A stretch of 24,917 nt of DNA from Candidatus Thorarchaeota archaeon SMTZ1-45 (GTDB lineage: Archaea > Asgardarchaeota > Thorarchaeia > Thorarchaeales > Thorarchaeaceae): NCBI GenBank assembly GCA_001563335.1, contig LRSL01000066.1, forward strand, positions 1-24,917, given 5' to 3'. Position numbers and translations under genes: made by a program. A model generated the notes under the pieces. It saw only the letters and a list, made by a program, of their open reading frames with translations, did not search any database and was not told the origin of the DNA. This document shows positions 7,901 to 16,900 of the stretch, in pieces; positions within the stretch are counted from its first letter, which is position 1, and the number at the start of each line of letters is the position of its first letter.

Positions 7901-10900
7901 ATTTGGGGCTGTTGGAAAGTGGACCTTCTTTGTGAATTCAACACTTGAATCCACTTATGGAATAAGCGAGCTTGACCTGAATTCGTTAAGTGTAGATGTT
8001 ATCTGGGATAGAATACTCATACTCTCGATTTCAGTTGATGACTCAAGAGTGAATGTAGGAGACACTGTTGAGTTGAATATAACTGCCAAGTTAGAATATA
8101 CTGGGAATGGTGATCATTACCTTGGGTTAGGGGATACTCTATACATGAACGGAGTTGCTATGACCTGGAGTATTCCCAACAACTGCTTTGTCTATAGTAC
8201 CTCTCAGTCCTCTGTGGGTCTTTGGAAGTATTATGTGAATTCCTCAAATGCTTATGAAACAGATTATGGAATATCAGTGGTAAACTTGGATTTGAATATC
8301 CAAGGTGTCATTTGGGACCAGTTAGTAATAGATATTCAAGCAGATGTTGAGTATCTCCTAAATGGCTACCAGGCAAACTTCACATTGAGTGTCATCTTTG
8401 ATTACGACAATGGTGTTTGCACAACTTATGGGGTTTCAATTGCTCGAAATAACACTGATTGGTTCACATTCACATATTTGAATAGAACACTATTCAATGA
8501 TACAAATTCCGATTCGTCCTATCTGTATAATGCCTCATCTGTCCTATATGAAACATTATACGATGTTACATTGTTCATAACTAATACAGAAGCTGTCAAT
8601 TGGACTGATTACATCCCAATAGTTCCTGTCAATGAAGCTCCTCCGAACCTCATTAATCCTGATGACACAGACAACATGTATGCACGACTTCGATATTATA
8701 TTATTACATCCAATGTTTCAGATTCAAACGGGTTCGAAGATATTCGCTATGTTTCACTTCTCCTATTTAGTGACGATAGGGGAACTAACTATTGGACTGT
8801 GACATTCATTACAACTAATTCTTCATTCTCCATCAAGAATGGTTCATCCTACATTTCTCTTGGTCCATGCACTTTTGAACATGCAGATACATGGTTGAAT
8901 ATCACATGGTATATCAAGATCTCATGGAATCATCCGGTTTTATTAGATGTGGATACGAAACAATTTGTTAGCAATACTTTTACAACTGCAAGCGATTGGT
9001 ATGAATCTGATTGGGATATAGAAACGCGACTAGACTATTCCGAACTTCCATACCTAAGTTCTGAACGTGGAGATGTCGATACTAATGACTTGGTGGCTGA
9101 AGGAGCAATAACTTACTATGCATCCACTCTCTATCCCTTGACCAATGAAACCGATTTTTGGATTATCCATGATGTATCAGGTTCTTGGTCAGGAGAGGTC
9201 AATGGTCTAGGAGATCTTACAATAACTGGCATCGGTTCTTCATCATTAGTGCGAATGAATACCTATACTTTCAAGATAGTGGCTCAAGGTGATGGTCCCA
9301 CTGGAACAGATCTATACTATGATACTTCTCCCACAGACACTTTCATCACTGACCAAATCGAGTTTTACATATCTGGAGTTAATGACGGGAGAATAGATGT
9401 TGGAGCTACTGGAACCACCTACTGGGTATCCCGTTACGATTACGATGATGTAGCAATATCATCAGGTTTAACAGCGTTCCTCACAGGTTCAAAAGCACTT
9501 AGCTGGAATGGTACACACTGGGTCTACTCAGAAATCAGACCGGGAGTTGAACTTCAGCAATATGGAATCCTCTCTGCCTCTGAAACATTGTATGGATTAA
9601 CTGCATGGATCCAGACTACCTCAGATGCATCAATAATCTGGGACCGTATCTTGATCACTTCAACAACAGCAAATGACAACAGAGTCAATATCAATTCAAA
9701 TGTCGAGCTCTATGTCACAGCTCAATTAGAGTACGACGGCCATCTGCTTGGATCTCTGGATACACTCTATATGGATGGTGTTCAGATGACCTGGGATGGT
9801 GGGGAACTACGATTCGAACTAGTAAGGTCCCAGATATCGGTTGGCTCTTGGAGATATTTTGTAAATGCATCTAATGGATTAGAATCGACTTATGGCATTA
9901 CTGTGGTAAACCAAGATGGATTGTACCAGGATATTATCTGGGACAGGATAACAGTACAGATGACATTGGCTGATGATAATAGAATCAACATCAACGATAT
10001 CGTTCAGATTCGCGTCACCCTAATGCTGGAGTATGACAGTACCTACCTGGGTTCTGGTGACTCTGTTTTTCTTGCAGACCAAGCGATGTCTTGGGACGCA
10101 GTCAACTCCTGGTTTGAGCTAGATGTTTCGAAGTCGAGTGTTGGATTATGGACTTATTTCGTGAATTCCAGTACTATGAGTACCTATGAAATAACAGAGC
10201 TATTCCTGAATGGCATGGAGGTTGATGTAATCTGGGATAGAATCCGAATTCTTACAACCTCCGCAGCAGACGGTCGTATAGATTATGGGTCATCAACTAC
10301 AATCTCTGTTACAGCTGAACTCGAATACGATGGCCACTTTCTAGGTGCGGGAGATGTTCTATACCTCAATGATACTCAGATGGTTTGGAGTACCGACCAT
10401 TTTGAATTAGTCACTGGTTCCAATTCAATAGTGGGATTACTCTCCTATTTTGTAAACTCATCTAATGCCCTTGAATCAACCTATGGTATCACATTTGTGA
10501 ATCGCAACAGTCAGGCTTCTGGTGTCATCTGGGACCGTATCAGGATTATCACTACAACCACCCAAGATGGCAGAATAGACTATGGATCAGCTGCAGATAT
10601 TCGTGTAACTGCATTCCTAGAATATGACAGTCACATACTAGGATCCGGGGATATTTTGTATATGGATGACAGTGTGATGATTTGGGTTTCTAGCTATTTC
10701 CAATACCAACCAATTAGAAATGAGGTTGGATTATGGAGATATTTTGTAAACTCATCTAATGCCCTAGAGGCAACATATGGAATCTCTGTGGTGAACCTTG
10801 ATGGCAAAACGATTGACCAGATTTGGGATAAGATTCTAATTCTCACAACATCCACACAAGACGGAAGGATAAACTTTGACACCCAAGCTGATATTCGTGT

Positions 10901-13900
10901 AACAGCGCAGCTTGAGTTTGATGGCCACATGCTTGGCGTAGATGACACACTCTACTTGGATGACACTCAGATGACATGGGTTGGTCCATTCTTCCAGCTC
11001 CAACCTCAGTATGCACAGGTAGGAAAATGGGTGTTCTTTGTCAACAGCTCAAACGCCTACGAGGACACCTATGGCATCTCTTACATTAATCTAGCAGGAC
11101 ATGATATAGAACAGATTTGGGACCGCATTCAAATATCAACGACAGTTGCAAATGATAATCGAGTTGATCTTGGAACAATTGTCACAATATCAGTCACGGC
11201 TCAACTCGAATATGATGGTCACATACTTACAGGAAGTGACACACTCTATCTTGATGATATTCAATTAAACTGGAACACAGATCACTTCGAGTATCAGACC
11301 TCCAAATTATCAGTAGGTAGATGGAGGTATTATGTTAATTCTACTCTTGCCAATGAGGTGACTTATGGAATCACGTCTATGAATCCCACAGTTAGCTGGA
11401 CCGATGTAGTCTGGGATAGGATTCTGATTCTCTCAACAACAACTTTGGATGACCATATCGATTATGGCTCATCTGCTATAATATCAGTAACCGCTGTGTT
11501 GGAGTATGATAATCATCCCCTAGGTGCTGCTGATGCATTGTACATGGATAACACAGGAATGACTTGGAATACTGACCATTTCGAGTATCTTCCTTCGAAA
11601 TCAGAGATAGGCCTGTGGCGATATTTTGTCAATAGCTCTAATGCTCTGGAAAATACGTATGAAATCACGCTGCTAAATGTGAATTCAAACTATCAGGATG
11701 TGATTTGGGATCGAATTGAGTTTTATCAATCAGGTGTTGTTGATGGGCGAATCGATGTTAATACAATTGGGGAAACTTGGTGGAGAGCACGCTATCAATA
11801 TGATGGAGTGGAAATAGACAATACCAAAGGGTTCTCTGCTGTACTCAATGGGTCGAAGATCCTTGCTTGGGATGGCGTGGCTGCTCGTTGGCGCTACCAG
11901 GAAAGCTCTGTAAGTGTCCAAAGCATCGGATATGGGATCCTATCAGCTTCTGAATCGGTACATGGTCTCACACAATGGATTGCCACAGCATCTGACTCAT
12001 CAATCATTTGGGACCAGATACTTGTCGTATCATATTCTGCTGATGATTCTAGAATAAATATTAACACTGCATCTTCCTGTCATGTCACACTAATTTTCGA
12101 TTTTGACGATTCATTTGTAAGTGATGGGACAATTTCGATAAATGTTCTTGGTGCGGTCTATTCTGGTTCAAATGGAGTATGGAATTTTGGCGATACTAAA
12201 AATACTGCTCAACTGGTCACATACAACTCAGTTGCGGCTTCAGCTAATGTCCATGGTATAACATCGGTAAACCAGAACTCGCAGACATTGGGTGTTATTT
12301 GGGACTCATTGACAATCACAATAACAGTACTTGATACTAGAATTAACATTGGAACAGTCGCGTCAGTAGTACCTACAGCTATCTATGACTATGATAGTAC
12401 CGCATATGATGGGACTTTACAACTGAATGACACAATCTTTCAGCAAGCCACTCCAGGCGCTCGAGGGTACACGGTGGTGACTGCTTCTGGAGATACTCAT
12501 GGAATCTCTGCTATTCGACAGAATATGGAGGTGAGTTGCATTTGGGATTCCCTCATTGTGACAATTACAGTAGGGGATTCCCGAATCAATGTAGGCGACA
12601 CAGCTTCTGTTTCTGCAACAGCAATCTATGCATTCGATAGCACTCCATTTGATGGAACACTAACTCTCAACGACACAATATTGCAACAAGGATCGGTAGG
12701 TGATAGAGCTTATACGGTGGATTCAGCGAGTGGGGATACCTATGGTATCACCGTAATTAGTAGTAATTCCGTGAAAGTTGTAGTATGGGATAGACTACGA
12801 TTGTTTAGTTACTCAGTGACTGATAGTAGATGCGATTTAGGTTCGATTCAAGAAGTCACAGCTTTCATAATACGAGAATACGACAATGTAGTGTTTACTG
12901 GTACCATGGGCGCTGTTTTCTTAAATGGGTCAGCAATGGCTTGGGATTCTGTTGACCTCGTGTGGACACAGCTAAGAACATCTGGCATCGTTAGGAAACT
13001 AACATTTAGTGTAAGTGCCATCACTGATACGCAGTACGGAATAAGTGCGATAAGGGACGAACTTCCGAAGCCCTCAATTATTTGGGATGCTTTATCTATT
13101 TCAATCGTAGTTGCAGATAACAGAATAAACATTGGAGATACTGCATCCATCAATCCAGAGGCGGCATATCTCTATGATGGTGCATCATATGATGGCACTC
13201 TAATTCTGAATGATACTGTATTCATGTATCTTTCAGCACAACGACACGGATACAATGTAAGCTCAGCAGTTGGAGATGACAGTTATGGTATCACAGTAAT
13301 TGAGATCAATGATGAGGTATTTTGCATATGGGACAGCCTAACCATTCAGATAACTGGTCCTTCTGACCAACGGATTGACGTGAATACCAATGCATCTGGG
13401 ATTGTTGTAAGTGCTACTTATGACTATGATAGTGCAATTTACGATGGTTCCCTTGTTTTAAACAATAGTGTGTTCAGCTATAGTCCAGCTCAGAAACAAG
13501 GATACACAGTGCTGTTTGCATCTGGGGATGATTCCTATGGTATCACAGCTATTCGACAAAATGCAGAAACCTATTGCATCTGGGACTCGCTTACAATAAC
13601 AATTACAGACCCACTTGATCAGAGAATAAACATTGGCGAGAACGCCAGTGGGATCGTAGTGAGTGCAATATATGATTTTGATGGATTGCCTTATGACGGA
13701 ACTTTGGTCTTGAATGACACCCAGTTTGTTTATCCAACAGTGGGTAAACGTGGATATGAAGTTTTGATAGCTAATGGAGATGATGGTCATGGAATTACAG
13801 CTATATCAATTCATGATGATACATTCTGTATTTGGGATCAACTTAGGATTGACATCCTAGTAGATGGTGCATCATTATACAACGGGCAACAGGCAAACTT

Positions 13901-16900
13901 CACACTCACTATCACATATGATTACGATTCCACATTCTGTACGACCTATGAAGTGGTGATATCCCGAAACAAAACAGTTTGGCATACTTTCACTGATTCC
14001 AACAAGTCCTTGTTCAATGAAATTAATTCCGATGTGAGCTACTACTATAATGCAAGCTTCATCAATTACGAAACTCAGTACGGAATAACAGCATTCTTCA
14101 CAACAACTCAAAAAGTCACTTGGTCGGAAGCACCAAATCAGGTTCCAACAAATGATACTGATTTTCTATCTATGTTGGAAAATCCAGATGATACTGACAA
14201 CATGTATGCTATGTACAGGTTCTATGTTATGACCACCAATGTTAGCGATGGTAATGGCTTTGACATGATAGAATACGTGGAGGTTTCCTTATACGACAAC
14301 TTCCGAAGTCAGGTAGTTTGGACTGTTAGATATACTGTTGCAACGGATACATTCACCATCCAACAAGGATCAGGTTCCATTGTTCTCGCTTCATGGTCAT
14401 CAGCAGTAGGAGTTGGGAATCAACTTGAAATAAAATGGGTCATCAAGATTTCTTGGGACCATTTAGATCTGGCAGACATTGACATTAAACAATTCGTAAC
14501 AGATGGTATTGATACAGACGAAGATTTCTATGAAGTAAACTGGGATGTTGAAACCCGACTTGACTACTCCAGTGTTCCTTCATTGTCTGATGATCGTGGA
14601 GATGTTACTACAGCTAACCTTGTTGCCACTGGCTCAGTGATTTACCTTGGTTCAACTCACAGTCCGCTAGCAAATGAGACAGATATCTGGGTCCTTCATG
14701 ACATCTCGGGAACCTGGAGCGGAAACCTGGTGGCTGATAGCTTCAGTATCTCAAGTGTTGGTTCTTCTACCTCCGTGAGAATGAATACCTACACATTCAA
14801 GATTGTCATTGAGGGGACTGGCGCTGGAGGGACAGATCTCTATCACTCGACCAGCGTGACCGATACCTTCATTACTGACAGGATTGAGGTCTATCAAGCT
14901 GGAGTGGTTGATTCCCGAATTAATACTAACGTAGACTGTGAGGTCTGGTGGAGGGCTCGTTTTGAGTATGACAGCGTTGAGATCCAGGGTGGACTGACAA
15001 TTGAGCTCAATGGATCACGAACTCTAATCTGGGATGCTGGTGACCTCTACTGGAGATGGCAGGAGACCTCGAGCAGTCCGACTTCTGCTGGATTTGATGT
15101 CGTGTCTGCCAGTGAGTCTACCTATGGTCTGTCTGAACTGTCTGTGACTACATCTGTACAGCAAGTCATCTGGGACGCTCTCATCATTACCATTACTGAC
15201 CCTATAGACCAGCGAATCAATATTGGTGAGAATGCGACCGGTATTGTTGTTAGTGCTGTATATGCATACGATGGTGCCGCCTTTGATGGTACACTCACCC
15301 TGAACAACACTGTGTTCAGCTATGCCACAGCTCAGAAACAGGACTACACTGTACAGTTTCTATCAGGTGATACTTATGGCATCACAGCTATTCAGAGCAA
15401 CGATATCACTTGGTGTATCTGGGACTCACTCACCATCACAATAACAGACGCAGCTGACCAGAGACAGAATGTAAATACCAACGCAACAGGAATCTTTGCT
15501 TCAGCAATTTACGACTATGATGGGTCGATATTTGATGGAACACTCACCCTGAACAACACCGTGTTCAGTTATGCTACGGCTCAAAGACAGGACTACACTG
15601 TGCAGTCTGTGAGTGGTGGCGATCATGGCATCACAGCTATCTCATCAAATGCTGTGACCTATTACATCTGGGACTCCTTGACCATCACCATCACTGATCC
15701 TTCAGATCAGCGTATCAACATCAACACTGCAGCAACTGGAATTGTAATATCTGCAGTCTATGACTATGATGGTGCGGTATTTGATGGAACCCTAGGTCTG
15801 AATAACACTCAGTTGATATATGCCACAGCTCAGATTCAGTGGTACACAGTGGCTTCTGCAAACGGCGACTCTCACGGAATTTCAACCATTAACACAAATG
15901 ATGTCACTTGGTGCATCTGGGACCAGATCGTCGTTCTTTCATATCAAGCGAGTGATCCTCGTGATAATGTTGGGGACTATATCTGGGTTGATGTCAATCT
16001 GCAATACGATTATGATGATACACCAGTTATGGATGGTTCGGTGACCATCAATGGATTCGTATTTCAACACATTAACTCAGGAGTCTGGCGACACAATCAA
16101 ACAGAATTGTCTGTCTCAGATATCTCCTTCGATACAGTTTCTTGTTCAGGTAATGTCCATGGAATACAAGAAGTGGATCAAAACTCACAATCTCAACTGG
16201 TCATATGGGATATGCTTACAGTCACAATTACTGTTGATGATAGACGCATTGATGTTGGCACTTCTGCCTTGCTTCAGGTAAGTGCAACCTATGATTACGA
16301 TGGTTCACTTTTTGATGGCATTCTAACATTGAACGATACATTACTTATGCATCAAGAGGTTGGTCGTTGGAACTATACTGTTCTTTCAGTATCTGGCGAT
16401 TCCTATGGTATATCCTTGATTGGTTCGAATGACGAGGATTATGTGATTTGGGACAGATTGTTGGTAATCTCATATTCTATTGACATGGATGATAGTCGAA
16501 TTAACGTTGACGATATTCAGAATGTATACGTTGAAATAATCTATGACTATGATTCAGTCATCTTTCAGGGTATTTTTGGTTTTGTCTACATGAATGGAAC
16601 AGCAATGACTTGGGACCCTGGAAATCAATATTGGTACCGCAGCTATTCGTATAGTACTCCTGTAGGCTATTCATTCCAGGTGTCAGGGATTACAGATTTA
16701 ATACATGGATTATCTGCAATTAGTGAGCAGGTTAGTCCCAAATTCATCATCTGGGACAAACTAAATGTTGTAATAGAAGCAAATACCACAATTGCATATT
16801 TTGGAGATATAGTCAGTTTCACTGTAACTGCAACACGTCAATATGATAATAGTCGAGTTGGCATGTTGACCGTTGAAACTTTGAGGAATGGTACGCTCCT

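Noticed and set aside
12530-15920. Cys-Gln thioester or similar crosslink from the recurring CIWD and AQKQ motifs
   Set aside because: Cys and Gln do not co-vary: a repeat with VGKRG has the Cys, and one with AQRQ has YIWD. There is no support without a structure.
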